From Mobula hypostoma (taxonomy: Eukaryota): 64,000 nucleotides of DNA. The notes below the pieces were generated by a model, which saw nothing but the letters and a program-made list of their open reading frames with translations, was not told the DNA's origin and did not search any database. Made by a program: the position numbers and the translations under genes. Positions 1 through 11,542 of the stretch are shown here, one piece after another. The stretch spans positions 108,812,001 through 108,876,000 of the forward strand of contig NC_086107.1 of assembly GCF_963921235.1 (NCBI RefSeq). The letters are read 5' to 3'. Each line of letters starts with the position of its first letter. Within the stretch, counting starts at the first letter, position 1.

Positions 1-54
1 ATACTTTCTCCATGCTCTTCACATATCAAGTGCAAGTAATTCTCTATTATGCTC

Positions 55-150
55 ACAGATCAGTAGACTACTCTTTCACCTGTGAGTCAGAAGGTCATGG
101 GTTTGAGTCCTGCTCAAGAGATTTGGGTAAAAACATCTTGATTGACACTC
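55..150 (+). mobile_element. Degenerate tRNA-derived head of a DeuSINE (SacSINE1-like)
   Basis: 'cacctgtgagtcagaaggtcatgggtttgagtcctgctcaagaga' resembles the SacSINE1 head with a B-box-like motif. Related relics lie at ~22270-22400, ~53645-53800 and ~57680-57780 (minus). Confidence 0.5.
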
Positions 151-164
151 TGCTTGAGATCAAT

Positions 165-365
165 CAACCCAGCCCTGGGACATCTCTGCAGAAGTTCCTC
201 TCTGGCAGTTCCTAGACCCAGCCGTCATCAGCTGCCTTATCACCAACTTCCTATCCATCAGCAAGGTCTGGAGTGGGGACGTTTGTTGGTGACTGCACAT
301 TGCTCAGTTTCATTCACAGCCAATGAACTGGCTCATCCATGCTCCTCATGCAACGAGACACAGAT
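165..365 (+). mobile_element. Highly decayed CR1/L2-group reverse transcriptase fragment
   Basis: Nucleotide resemblance to the G-V-P-Q-G-S-V-L-G-P ... F-A-D-D region ('gcagaagttcctctctggcagttcctagaccc', 'gtttgttggtgac'); frameshifted. Confidence 0.45.
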
Positions 366-374
366 CACCTTTAT

Positions 375-635
375 AAGGTGAGGGGTAAGGTTTTTTTTTC
401 CCCACACAGAGTGTGGTGGGTGCCTGGGAGGCACCGTCTGGTGTGGCGGTAGCGGCAGGTACATTAGAGATTTTTAAGAGACAATTAGATAGGCAAATGG
501 ATAGGAGGGAAATGAAAGGATATGGGAATTGTGTAGGCAGAAGAGATTGGCTATTTGATTACTTATTTAATTGGTTTGGCCCAACATTGTGGGCCAAGGG
601 GCCAGTTCCTGCGCTGTACAATTCTCTGTTCTATG
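375..635 (+). mobile_element. CR1 (HER1-like) LINE 3' fragment
   Basis: TQ-VV-AW ... FKRQLDRQM C-terminus followed by the 'gggccaaggggccagttcctgcgctgtacaattctctgttctatg' tail. Confidence 0.85.
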
Positions 636-685
636 TGGAGTTGGCGGGGTGAGGGGGTTAAATGGCAGTTGCAAATGGTCCAATT

Positions 686-832
686 ACAAACAAGAGAAAA
701 TCTGCTGATGCTGGAAATCCAAACAACACACACAAAATGCTAGAGGAACTCAGCAGGCCAAGCAGCATCTACGGAAAAGAGTACAGTTAACGTTTCAGGC
801 CAAGACCCCTCATCAGGGACTAGAGAAAAAAA
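686..832 (-). mobile_element. Penelope-like element terminal repeat (pLTR)
   Basis: Same ~140-bp unit that ends the GIY-YIG-coding PLEs at 7040-8425 and 23000-23600; about 20 copies occur in the window. Confidence 0.85.
784..821 (-). ncRNA. Minimal type I hammerhead ribozyme motif (PLE-associated)
   Basis: Minus strand reads AGTCC-CTGATGA-GGGGTCTTGGCCT-GAAAC-GTT-AACTG: CUGANGA and GAAA cores, NUH triplet, palindromic ACGU stem III, imperfect stem I. Confidence 0.65.
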
Positions 833-2149
833 GGTTGTAAATTATCCATAGTGTCTAGGTGAGCGTCAGAATCTGGGGAGGGATGTTGATGGGAATGTTT
901 GGCGGGGGGAGAATAAAGTGAGATCAGTGTAAATAGGTTTTCAATGGTTGATGTGGACTCAATCTGCAGGAGAATTTGTTTCTGTGTTGTATGACTCTAT
1001 GTCTCCATAGCAATCGGGTATAGAAAAATGTCATAAGAACACCAGGCAATGGCCATCTCCAACAAGGAAGATTTTCTCCACCCGTCGTTGAAATTCATAG
1101 AATCATACAGAAGAGAAGGTAGCCTTTGACCCAACAAATCCATGCTGACCATGATATGCACCCAAAGGTTCAAAGGTTCATTTTATTATCAAAGTGTGCA
1201 CGCAGAATACAACTCTGAGATTTGCCTTCTCCAGATAGCCATGAAATACAGAAAAAATCCATAGAAGTAGTTGAAAGAAATTACATCAACCCCACTCCCT
1301 CACGAAAAGAAAAAGAAATGAAAACTCGCAAACCCCAAAGACCCCAACCCTTCCCTCGCTCAAAAATCTAATATATCTACTATACCAGGTCAGTCCCATT
1401 GGTCTCTGTTTGGCCCATACCATACAGAAACTGTTCCTATCCACGTAGCTATTCAAATCTCCTTTAAATATCATTGTATCTCCCTCAATCACTTCCTCTG
1501 GCAGCTCATTCCATATACAGACCACCCTCTGTATACGAAATGCCATGTCAGGTCAAGTTTATTGTAATTTAACCATATACATGTGTACCACCAAACGAGA
1601 CAACATGTCTCTGGACCAGGGTGTAAAGCACAGTAGTATACATAACACACATAAACTTCTCACCTTTCACCCTTAAGTTATGACATGTGATTGTAGTCCC
1701 ACCCAATCCCAATAAAAAAAGCTTGCTTGCATATCTATACCCCTCAAAATTATGTAAACCTCTATCAAATCTCACTTCAATCTTCTACGTTCTAAAGAAG
1801 GTTGCGTGTCCTCCTGATGTCCCAGAGTTTTCCCAGGATCTTCAGGAGGGTGATGGAATGCTCTCCATCTCCTGTGTTTATGAATTCCTCCTACTCCACT
1901 GCAAAGTCTCTTTGAGGTATGCCTACCCTGAAGAAGTTTAAACCTCTTCAGTGGGAATTCAGTGAGGCCTTCCCTCACTGCTCTTGTTCTATTATCTCTG
2001 CTGCGCTCCAACTCTTCAACCACGTGCTCACCCAGACTCACTGCCATGGCTACATGTACCATTTCCACCCACCATCTCCCAGCTTCTCAGTCACTCCTAA
2101 CTCCCCACCTGCTCAACCTTCCCCAGAACCTGGCTTCATCTGTCACTGC

Positions 2150-2515
2150 CCAAACATGAGAGGGCCTACAGGTGCTGGAAATCCAGAGCAACGTACACAA
2201 AGTGCCGGAGGAACTCAGCAGGTCAGGCAACGTCTATGGAAATTAATCAACAGTCGGTGTCTCAGGCGAAGACCCTTCTTCAGGACTGAGAAGGAATGGG
2301 GAAGATACTTGTCACCTGCTAGCTTGTACACCTTCTCCCCTCCCTCCTCTCAACCCTTCTTATTCTGGCTTCTTCCCCCTTCCTTTCCAGTCCTGACGAC
2401 CCAAAACGTCAACTCTTTATTCCTCTCCGCAGATGCTGCCTGACCTGCTGAGTTCCCCCAGCATTTTGAGTGTGTGTGTATATTACTCTGGATTTACAGC
2501 AACTGCGGAATCTCC
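2150..2515. mobile_element. Inverted pair of PLE terminal repeats
   Basis: 2168-2290 is the approximate reverse complement of 2385-2510; hammerhead cores are mutated. Confidence 0.8.
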
Positions 2516-2807
2516 TACGACTCTGACTTCCTGCTCGCCACTTGGCTGGACGAATCCAATAACATTCAGGCAGCTCATCATTATCTGGGACAGAGCACCT
2601 TGTTTTTACAGTTCCCCATCCAGCACCTAAGTCATTCATTCCCTCCACCACTGGCACACAAGTGGTTGTAGTGTGTACCACCTACCCAATATACCACCAA
2701 TGTTCACCTACTAAAATATTACTGCTTCACTTAAATCAATAATCTTTATACTTTATATCTAGGACTGTAGGACACTTAGGGGTCACCTTATCGCTTCCTA
2801 CTGCCCC

Positions 2808-4247
2808 TCACTGCGAAGGGCGGAAGTTCCCACTTGCTTCAAAAAGGCAACAATTATACCAGTGCCTAAGAAGAATAATATGAGCTACTTTAATGAATAT
2901 CGCCTTGTAGCACTCACATCTACAGTGACAAAATGCTTTGGAAGGCTGGTCACGACTAGACTGAACTCCTGCCTCAGCAAGGACCTGGACCCATTGCAAT
3001 TTGCCTATTGTCACAATAGGTCAACAGCAGATGCAATTTCAATAGCTCTTCACATGGCCTTAGACCACCTGGACAATACAAACACCTATGTCAGGATGCT
3101 GTTCATCAACTATAGCTCAGCATTGAACACCATCATTCCCACAATTCCGACTGAGAAGTTACAGAACCTGGGCCTCTGTACCTCCCTTCTGCAACTGGAT
3201 CCTTGACTTCCTAATGGGAAGACCACAATCTGTGTGAACTGGTGATATGTCTCCTCTTCATTCATGATCAATACTGGTGCATCTCAGGGGTGTGTGCTTA
3301 GCCCACTGCTCTACTCTCTCTATACCCATGACTGTGTGGCTAGGCATAGATCAAATACCATCTATAAATTTGTTGATGATACAACCATTGTTGGTAGAAT
3401 CTCAGATGGAGACGGGAGGACGTACAGGAGCGAGATATGCCAACTAGTGAAGTGGTGTCACAGCGACAACCTGGCACTCAACGTCAGTAAGACAAAAGAG
3501 CTGATTGTGGATTTCAGGAAGGGTAAGATAAAGGAACACATACCAATCCTCATAGAGGGATCAGAAGTGGAAAGAGTGAGCAGTTTCAAGTTCCTGGGTG
3601 TCAAGATCTCTGAGGACCTAACCTGGTCCCAACATATCGATGCAGCTATAAAGAAGGCAAGACAGCGGCTATACTTCATTAGGAGTTTGAAGAGATTTGG
3701 TATGTCAACAAATACACTCAAAGACTTCTATAGATGCACTGTGGAGAGCATTCTGACAGGCTGCATTACTGTCTGGTATGGGGGGGAGGTGCTACTGCAC
3801 AGGACAGAAAGAAGCTGCAGAAGGTTGTAAATTTAGTCGACTCCATCCTGGGCACTAGCCTACAAAGTACCTAGGACATCTTCAAGGAGTGGTGTCTCAG
3901 AAAGGCAGCGTCCGTTATTAAGGACCTCCAGCACCCAGGGCATGCCCTTTTCTCACTGTTACCATCAGGTAGGAGGTACAGAAGCCCGAAGGCACACACT
4001 CAGCGATTCAGGAACAGCTTCTTCCCCTCTGCCATCCGATTCCTAAATGGACATTGAACCCATGGGCACTACCTCACTTCTGAAAAATACAATTATTTAT
4101 GTGTTTTGCACGATTTTAATCGGTATACTGTAAATTGATTTACTTTTTTTTCTTCTTCTTCGATATTATGTGTTGTATTGAACTGCTGCAGCTCAGTTAA
4201 CAGATTTCAGGACACATGCCGGTGATAATAAACCTGATTCTGATTCT
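2808..4247 (+). mobile_element. 5'-truncated Rex1/Babar-type LINE (RT pseudogene)
   Basis: ORFs 2862-3206 and 3264-3830 contain [45 protein letters not shown] and KARQRLYFIRSLKRFG, with frameshifts and stops; tail AATAAACCTGATTCTGATTCTG. Confidence 0.92.
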
Positions 4248-4610
4248 GGTGTTAGGGCAGCAGTGACAGTCCTCCATCTCTGGCAGTAGCTCGGTTTTCA
4301 CTACTGTCAGTCAGGTAATTCCCCAGTGGAGACTCAGTAATACCATCGCACTCAGATGTAGAAGCATTCTTCAGTACTGTTTCCAGAACAGTTTTGTTTT
4401 ACCGGTCAGGGTTGTTAGCCCTGAAGTGAACCCTGAACCCTGGGGGACCGGTGGACCACTCTTAGTCTGGCCTTTAACCTTTGACCTGTTTGGCATGGGT
4501 AACCCTACCAAGAGCCAAAGCATAAAGCCCCGACTCCAGCCAAAATAGCTCTCCGGGTCATTGAGGCTCACAAGCCTCCAAACCCTACGACAAGTTTGTG
4601 CTCCTCCAAG
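4248..4610 (-). mobile_element. Non-autonomous bipartite RTE-derived element (BovB/Rex3-like 5' UTR joined to an RTE 3' end)
   Basis: Reverse complement of the family at 10218-10535 and 47581-47998. Confidence 0.75.
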
Positions 4611-4880
4611 AGGGGTCACCTTATAGAGGTGTATAAAACATGAGAGGTCTAGATAAGGAAAAAGTACAGCATCATTTTCCCAAGGAATGGGAACCAATAA
4701 CTAGAGGGCATAGATAAAGGTGAGAGGCAAAAGATTTTTAAAAAATCTGAGGTGCAACTTTTTCACACTGAGAGTGGTGTGTATATATACACCACTGGGG
4801 GCAGGTACAATAACAACATTTGAGAGAAATTTGGATAAGTACACAGATAGGAAATGTTTTAATGCAGGAAAACAGTGGGC
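4611..4880 (+). mobile_element. CR1 LINE 3' fragment
   Basis: TRGHR-KVRGKRF...NFFTLRVV...FERNLDKY motif. Confidence 0.8.
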
Positions 4881-5275
4881 AAATAGGACCGGCTATATCT
4901 GCTGACCCCGACCACAGGTGAAAGACTTGTCTGGAGGGGCTGAATGGCCTCCTTCATGTCCTAACTGTTCCACAGTTCTGTGCCTCCCTCTGCAAAGTCA
5001 ATTAATAGCCCAGAGTCAGGGCACTCTCGCCATTTGATAACATTTGATGTCATCAAATATTTTTGGGCAGGAGTGACGCTTTTTCTTTCCACCTGAAGAA
5101 TTGAATCAGCGTGAATTATTTAATTAGAGTGGGGCATCCATCAGATCGCTGGTGTTGGAAAAGAATCAGAGTCCATAAATATTAAACCAGCTCTCATTAT
5201 TTCTTATGCAACTTTGACCTTAATATTTCTAATGGAACATTGTGATGATCTCTTCTTTCCTTTACCTTGTTACAG

Positions 5276-5433
5276 GAATGCTTGTGCCAAACATCAATAA
5301 AATTCTGCGGTGAAGACAATGACTGTGGAAGATTTATGGTGCATTTCCCTTCATATTCAGAGCACAGATCTTCAACGTACAATGCCTGCACGTTTGATTC
5401 TGGTTTCTCTGTGTGAGGAGCACCGCGTTTTTG
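5276..5433 (+). other. Candidate spliced exon (158 bp), host gene unidentified
   Basis: Acceptor 'tcttctttcctttaccttgttacag|G' and donor 'TTG|gtaaga' in non-repetitive DNA; ATG at 5319 is open to the donor. No recognisable protein. Confidence 0.25.
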
Positions 5434-5449
5434 GTAAGATGTTCCACCA

Positions 5450-5800
5450 TTGGGTCCTTCTTCAACCCATCCGAGATCATTCCCAGGAGGGCCGTATATG
5501 CAAAGCCCTTGGCATTGGCACGGATCCCTTCAGTCCATTCCACAATATTTTTGACTCCCTATCATCAGGCAGTACTCACAGCATCCCTCCACAAGGATCC
5601 CTCCAATCCGTCCCACAATCTCTTTGAAGCCCTTACCAAGAGACAGGGCCCTTAGATTGCCAAGGATCTCTCCAATTCGTCCCGTTGTCAATTTGACTCC
5701 CTGGCATCAGTAGCAGATAGCGTAGCATTTGGACAAGGACTGCTAGAATGGGAAGCAGTTCTTCCCTCAGGCTGTGAGAGTACCGAACTCCCTGCTGCCA
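5450..5800 (+). mobile_element. Decayed, internally triplicated Rex1-type 3' coding end
   Basis: Three partial copies of the KDPSHPSHNLF-like segment, then 'ttcttccctcaggctgtgaga' (FFPQAVR). Confidence 0.6.
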
Positions 5801-5837
5801 CCCAGTCTTATTACGCATGAAGTGCCAGTAATGTTAT

Positions 5838-6012
5838 ACAAAGCTCGAGAAAGTCTATGGAAGCTGGAAATCCAAATCAACACACACAAAATGCTAGAAG
5901 AATTCAGCAGGTCCTGAAGAAGGGTCTTGGCTCGAAACGTCGACTGTCAATTTATTTCCCTAGATGTTGTCTGACCTTCTGCTGAGTTCCTCCAGCATTT
6001 TGTGTGTGTTAC
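5838..6012. mobile_element. Inverted PLE terminal-repeat pair
   Basis: 'cacacacaaaatgctagaagaattcagcag' and 'ctgctgagttcctccagcattttgtgtgtg' flank a hammerhead motif. Confidence 0.8.
5908..5946 (+). ncRNA. Minimal type I hammerhead ribozyme motif
   Basis: GTC-CTGAAGA-AGGGTCTTGGCTC-GAAAC-GTC-GACTG; predicted cut after GUC at 5941. Confidence 0.7.
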
Positions 6013-6095
6013 AATAGCATTATACTGTTTACTTTTTGACTTGTGTCATTAATGTCACTTATGCTAAATGCCAATCTTCTGCAATATGTTCTACA

Positions 6096-6588
6096 ATCTT
6101 CACCAGATTGATTCCTGGGATGGCAGGACTTTCATATGATGAAAGACTGGATCGACTAGGCTTATACTCGTTGGTATTTAGAAGATTGAGGGGGGATCTT
6201 ATTGAAACATATAAAATCCTAAAGGGATTGGACAGGCTAGATGCAGGAAGATTGTTCCCGATATTGGGGAAGTCCAGAACGAGGAGTCACAGTTTGAGGA
6301 TAAAGGGGAAGCCTCTTAGGACCGAGATTAGGAAAAACTTCTTCACACAGAGAGTGATGAATCTGTGGAATTCTCTGCCACAGGAAACAGTTGAGGCCAG
6401 TTCATTGGCGATATTTAAGAGGGAGTTAGATATGGCCCTTGTGGCTAAAGGGATCGGGGGTATGGAGGGAAGGCTGGTACAGGGTTCTGAGTTGGATGAT
6501 CAGCCATGATCACACTGAATGGTGGTGCAGGCTCGAAGGGCCGAATGGCCTACTCCTGCACCTATTTTCTATGTTTTTCTATGTCTCT
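6096..6588 (+). mobile_element. CR1 (HER1-like) LINE 3' fragment, well preserved
   Basis: FTRLIPGMAGLSYDERLDRLGLYSL...RRLRGDLIETYKIL...FFTQRVMNLWNSLP, then the 3' UTR hairpin and TTCTATG tail. Confidence 0.95.
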
Positions 6589-7039
6589 ACAATTTGTTAA
6601 TTTATGTGTTGCGTGTGGATTATATGTACCCTGTTGTGCACATTGTATCTTTTAGTGATACACATCTATATGTTGAATGACAATAGACTTGAACTTGATT
6701 CCTGGAACTCACTCCTTTAACAACACTGTGGAACTGCCTTCACAGGTCATTAGTTAACCAGTGATCTGGGCTCGGTCTTGATGTCTGTGCATCAGTTAAT
6801 CTCATGTGCAATTAACTAACACACGGATCAATGGCACGTTATTCCGATTAGCTTGCGCTGATTATTGCTGTCGGGTAAATGAAAATTGAAAAATGCAGAT
6901 AATGGAAACTGAAGCTAAAATTGGAAAATCTGGAAACACTCAGCAGGTCAGGCAGCCTCTGTAGAGAGGAAAGTAGAGTTAATGTTTGAGGTCACATTCT
7001 GCTTCCGGTTGCATCACCACCTGGTATGGAGGTGACACT

Positions 7040-8425
7040 GACACGATATCTTGACGGTATATCTTTCTACCCTATCACCTGTGAAACTGCTATTTCCTTT
7101 TCTCAGTTCCTTCGCCTCTGCCACATCCGTTTCCAGGATGTGGCTTTCCTTTCCAGGACATCAGTGATGCCTTCCTTCTTCAAGGAACAGGGTTTCCCTT
7201 CCTCCACCATTGACGCTGCCCTCACCTTCATCTCCTCCATTTCCCGAACATCCGCACCCACCGCATCTTCTCATCGTCCTAACAGCAATAGACTTCCTCT
7301 TGCCCTTATCTATCACTCCGTGAGCCTCCACATCCAACACTTCATCCTCCACAACTTCCACCATCTCCAAAGGGACCCTACCGCCAAACGTATCTTTACC
7401 TTCCCCCACCCCCTGTGATTCCCTTGTCCGTTCAGCCCTCCCCACTACTCTCCCTCCCGGCACTTATCCCTGCTAACGTCCTAAGCACTACACCTGCCCA
7501 GACACCTCCATTCAGGGCCCCAAATAATCATTCCAAGTGAGGCAACACTTCACCTGCGAATTGAGTTGAGAGTTAGGGGGCAAAAGTTTAGGGGTAACAT
7601 GAGGGGGAACTTCTTTACTCAGAGAGTGGTAGCTGTGTGGAACGAGCTTCCAGCAGAAGTGGTTGAGACAGGTTCGATGTTGTCAGTTAAAGTTAAATTG
7701 GACAGCTATATGGACAGGACAGGAATGGAGGGTTATGGGCTGAGTGCAGGTTGGTGGGACTAGGTGAGAATAAGCATTCGGCACGGACTAAAAGGGCCGA
7801 GATGGCCTGTTTCCGTGCTGTGATTGTTATATGGTTGTCTATTGTGTCCGGTGCTCCCGGTGCGGCCTCCCCTACACTGGTGAGACCTGTCGTAAACTGG
7901 GGGGCCACTTCATTTGGCACCTCTGCTCCATCTGCCACAAGCGGAACTTCCCAGTGGCCAAACATTTTAATTCCCATTCCCATTCTGACATGTCGGAACA
8001 TGGCCTCCTCTTGGGCCAAGGTGAGGCCACCCTCGGGGTGGAGGAGCAACACCTCATATTGCGTCTGGGTAGCCTCCAACCTGATGGCACGAATATCACT
8101 TTCTCCTACAGGTTAAAAAAAAAATCCCTACCCCTCCCCTCCTTCTATTCCCCACTCTGCCTTTTTATCTCTTCTCGCCTGCCTTTTACCTCCCCTTGGG
8201 TCCCCTTCTCCATCCCTTTCTCCTATGGTCCACTCCCCCACTCCTGTCAGATTCCTTCTTCTCCAGCCCTTACCTTTCCTACCCACCTGGCTTCATCTAT
8301 CACCTTTTACCCAGCTTCCTTCCCCCCCATCACTTTTTTTTCCAGTCCTGAAGGGCCCCGGCCTCTCATTTCCGTAGTTACTTCCTCACCTGCTGAGTCC
8401 CTCCAGCATTTTGAACGTGTTGCAC
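7040..8425 (+). mobile_element. Penelope-like retroelement fragment (probably Neptune clade): RT C-terminus, Cys linker, GIY-YIG endonuclease, pLTR
   Basis: AISFSQFLRL..., GTYPC*RPKHYTCP linker, VVYCVRCSRCGLPYTGET (GIY-YIG), EEQHLILRLGSLQPDG-NI; interrupted by a CR1 insertion. Confidence 0.9.
7562..7831 (+). mobile_element. CR1 3' fragment nested in the PLE
   Basis: RGNFFTQRVVAVWNELP...KLDSYMD; splits the PLE just upstream of the GIY motif. Confidence 0.9.
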
Positions 8426-8624
8426 CGAACACGACAGATTTTTATGACAACTTGGAAGTTTCATGGTCATTAGCAACAATATTTTTTGAACTCTATATTA
8501 GCTTCATATATACTTCATTTACAGACTCAGCACATTAACAGGCTCTTCTGGCCCTAAGAGGTTTCACCACACAATTAACATTTAAAGATTCAAAGTACAT
8601 TTATTATCGAAGTACATATACAAA

Positions 8625-9197
8625 CGGGGTGTATGGGGTGTCAGGGAGGGGTAGCACCTCTGGTGGGGGAACATGTCGCGTCCTTTTCAGGGCGGTTAGT
8701 CCACCTTTGGTCCCCACCTGGCATTCAGTTCTCACCTGTGGCTCCCCGTAGCTGTTTGCATGCGACAGCGGCCACACCCCGGGTAATGGCTTCGACAAGC
8801 CGGCTAAACCAGGTGAGGGTAGCCGACGGGTCTCAAACCCTCGGTGAGATAGGGAGTTGTCTATCCCAGCATGTGAAGACGGACTCCGGCGGATTGAGCG
8901 GACCAGACCAACGGAAGGTCCAACGGTCAAGAGGGCGGTCTCTGCAAGCGTCGTGGAACGTGTAGAGCAGGACAAGACACAGAAGACGTCCTGGTCATCC
9001 ACTGCGCCTAGTCCCATCTCCAGCCGTCTCGACTCTGTCTTGCCACTGGATCCAGATGGGAATTGGGAAGAGAGAGTGAGGCTGACGCTGCGCAACTCTC
9101 CCTCACTTAAATCCAAATCATGCGCTAGTCTCGACACCATCATCATCATAATGGTGTCGAGGTCCTCATCGACGACAACGATGGACGAACAACAACA
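8625..9197 (+). mobile_element. Full-length non-autonomous RTE-type retroposon
   Basis: TSD ACATATACAAA (8614-8624 and 9198-9208), (CAA)n tail, 3' hairpin CTCGACACCAT/ATGGTGTCGAG, CpG-rich, no RT ORF. Confidence 0.85.
8626..8817 (+). ncRNA. HDV-like self-cleaving ribozyme (predicted)
   Basis: P1 GGGGTGT 8626-8632/ACACCCC 8774-8780; P2 CTCACCTG 8731-8738/CAGGTGAG 8810-8817; P3 GGC/GCC; L3 TCCCCG; P1.1 CC/GG 8781-8782; P4 GGCTT/AAGCC; J4/2 GG-C8804-TAA. Confidence 0.75.
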
Positions 9198-9999
9198 ACA
9201 TATACAAAATATATCCTGAGAGTTGTCTTCCCACAGACAGTCATGAAACGAGAAACGTCATGGAACCCGCTGAAGAAAACATCAAACACCAACGCATAAA
9301 AAAAGAAATTGCGCAAACGACAAAAAGCAAGCGAACAAAATCGTCTATTAAAACAAGAATCCAGTAGTATTCAGTTGAATTCAGTTCAGCATTGCGCTGC
9401 TAGCCCACTGCAGGCCACAGGGTGAAGCAATCTTCATTGAAGAACTCCAGTCCCATCAATCGCCCTGTTCAAACTGTTCAAAAACAGCTTTAAAAAAGAG
9501 TGACCAGAGTCCAGAAACATGGGCAGCATGAACCCCAAAGTCCCCCAAGACGAGTTCACAGACTCGTTGATCAACATGGAGCCCCAAGGCTCCTGCACTT
9601 CCTTCCTAACAGCAATTAACGAGAGGGAAAGGAAGACCGGGCAAATTCAGGCAGACAGTGGGGAGCACCAGCTGTCCTCAGTTCTCATCCCTACCGACTT
9701 CAACCTTGCTCGACGCCTCAGAGGGGAGCGGTAGAGTCGATTGTGGGCTTAGGCCTGGTCGCCAGCCTTTCAGGCCGCACACTCAGCACCAAGCTCACCA
9801 AACTCCCTCGGGGCGCAGCAAAGCAGCAGATCGCTCAATCCGCACAAAAAAAACAACATCAAAAAGGTTCGATCGCACGCAGCTTGGTCGTAGAATCATA
9901 TTTGACAACAGAAGTAGTAAAAGAATTAGTTTCATGAACTGTCTGCAGGACGTGGCCATTCGCCGCGTTGTTCACTGGCGCCATCTTGCTGGCTCCATG

Positions 10000-10175
10000 T
10001 GACCAAATAACCTACTACCCCTAACACCTTTGGAATGTGGGAGGAAACAGGGATCACTCAGGGGAGTCCCACGCAGTCACAGGAAGGATGTATAATCTCC
10101 GTACAGACAGTGGCGGTATTGAACCCGCCTTGCTGGCGGCTGTAATATCATTATGCTAACCGTTGCGGTGCCACC
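10000..10175 (-). mobile_element. V-SINE (HE1-like tRNA-derived SINE)
   Basis: Reverse of the V-domain ('ctttggaatgtgggaggaaac') and of the tRNA head. Confidence 0.75.
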
Positions 10176-10217
10176 CAATCTTAAATATCTTGAAATTAAA
10201 TTCGCCTGCTGTGAGAG

Positions 10218-10535
10218 TCTTCAAGAGGACCACAGCCTTGTCGTAGGGTTTGGAGGCTTGCGTGCCTTAATGACCCGGAGAGCAGCGTTGGCTGGAGTCG
10301 GGTCTTCCTGCTTTGGCTCTTGGTAGGGTCACCCATGCCAAACAGGTCAAAGGGTAGAGGCCGGATGAAGAGTGGTCCACTGTTCCTCCAGGTCTGGGGG
10401 TTCAGCTCAGGGCTAACAACCCTGACTGGCCAAAGGACGATTGCTGCAGAAACACCAATGATGGACCCTTCTATGCAGACAGAGGTGGACTTTCATTGCT
10501 GCCTTAAATGCCAGCGGCATAACAGCCAGTAACTA
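10218..10535 (+). mobile_element. Non-autonomous bipartite RTE-derived element
   Basis: GGACCACAGCCTTGTCGT...GGTAGGGTCACCCATGCCAAACAGGTC...GTGGTCC 5' domain resembles BovB/Rex3 5' UTRs; the 3' end resembles an RTE ORF terminus. Confidence 0.75.
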
Positions 10536-10734
10536 AATAAACAGTGAGAGCCTAAAACTACGGATTCGGGCGGTGAGGAGGGTGCAGGGGGGTTTCGGGG
10601 GGGGGGTACAGATAGGATCGGGGAAAGGGCAGGGAAATGGTCGATGGGATCTAGTGCAGAGGTACGCCACTCTAGAGAGAAATAATACAAATGAAGGGCC
10701 GTGTACTTTGAAATAATGAGTGTTTGAAACGAGT

Positions 10735-11200
10735 TAGAGGGATCTGGGGTCTTTATACATGATTCACTGAAGTTAACATGCAGATACAACAAGCAATTAA
10801 CAAGGCAGATGTCACATCTGGCCTTTATTGCGAGAGGATTTCAGTGCAAGTGTAGTGACATCTTTCTCCAATTAAGCAGGGCCCAGGCGAGACGGCATCA
10901 GGGACAAAGTGAACAGATCTGGTCTCTTCCTTCTAAGTCAAAGCTACGGTTCACTGCATTTATTGCTGGGGTTGTTTATTTGTCGTACGAGGTTCTCGAG
11001 TTTAGAAAGAATGAGAGGGCTTTATTTTAACGTCTGGAATTTGTCTGAGAGACACAAGCAGGGATGATGTCCCTCCTGTCTGAGCAGCTCGAATGAGTGA
11101 TCGCAGTTCAAAATATTGAGATGAATCTTCTCCATCCAGAAGCCTGGGAATCTTTGAAACTCTCTTCACAAGAGGGCTGCAGTTACCTGGAAACTGTTAA
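10735..11200 (+). mobile_element. Old CR1 fragment
   Basis: RDLGV, LAFIARG and RARRH motifs; heavily decayed. Confidence 0.65.
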
Positions 11201-11542
11201 AGGAAGAGATAATCTGGGTGTCAGGGGACCTGGGTCAGCGGAGGCACAAGAGGTTCTGCAAACCTGAAAATATTGAACAACACCTACAAAATGCTGGAGG
11301 AACTCATTAGGTCAGTCAGCATCTATGGAGGGGAATGAAAGGTCCACGTTTCCAGCCAAGACCCGTTGTCAGGACTGGAAACAAAGAGGGCAGAAGCCAG
11401 AACAAAGAAGGTAGGTGGAAGAGGAGGAAGACAAGCTGACAGGTGATGGGTAAGTCCAGGTCCTGGTGAGGCATCTTGGCCAGAAGATTGGCTGTTTGTT
11501 TCCCACCATTGATGCTGCCTGACCTGCTGGGTTCCTCGAGCA

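Larger units (their letters stand above)
8583..9997 (-). mobile_element. Non-coding LINE-derived element (~0.8 kb net), interrupted by the element at 8625-9197
   Basis: Minus-strand head CAAGATGGCGCC and 3' tail AATAAATGTACTTTGAATCTTT. A homologous copy lies at 54545-55090; related tails at ~1163-1370, ~40830-41100 and ~56050-56390. Confidence 0.7.

Noticed and set aside
2862..3830. Functional reverse transcriptase gene (also 35121-35889 and 61746-62542)
   Set aside because: 5'-truncated and broken by frameshifts and stops.
8604..9219. Three overlapping 110-181-aa ORFs
   Set aside because: They lie in the GC-rich non-coding retroposon and show no RT or endonuclease motifs.
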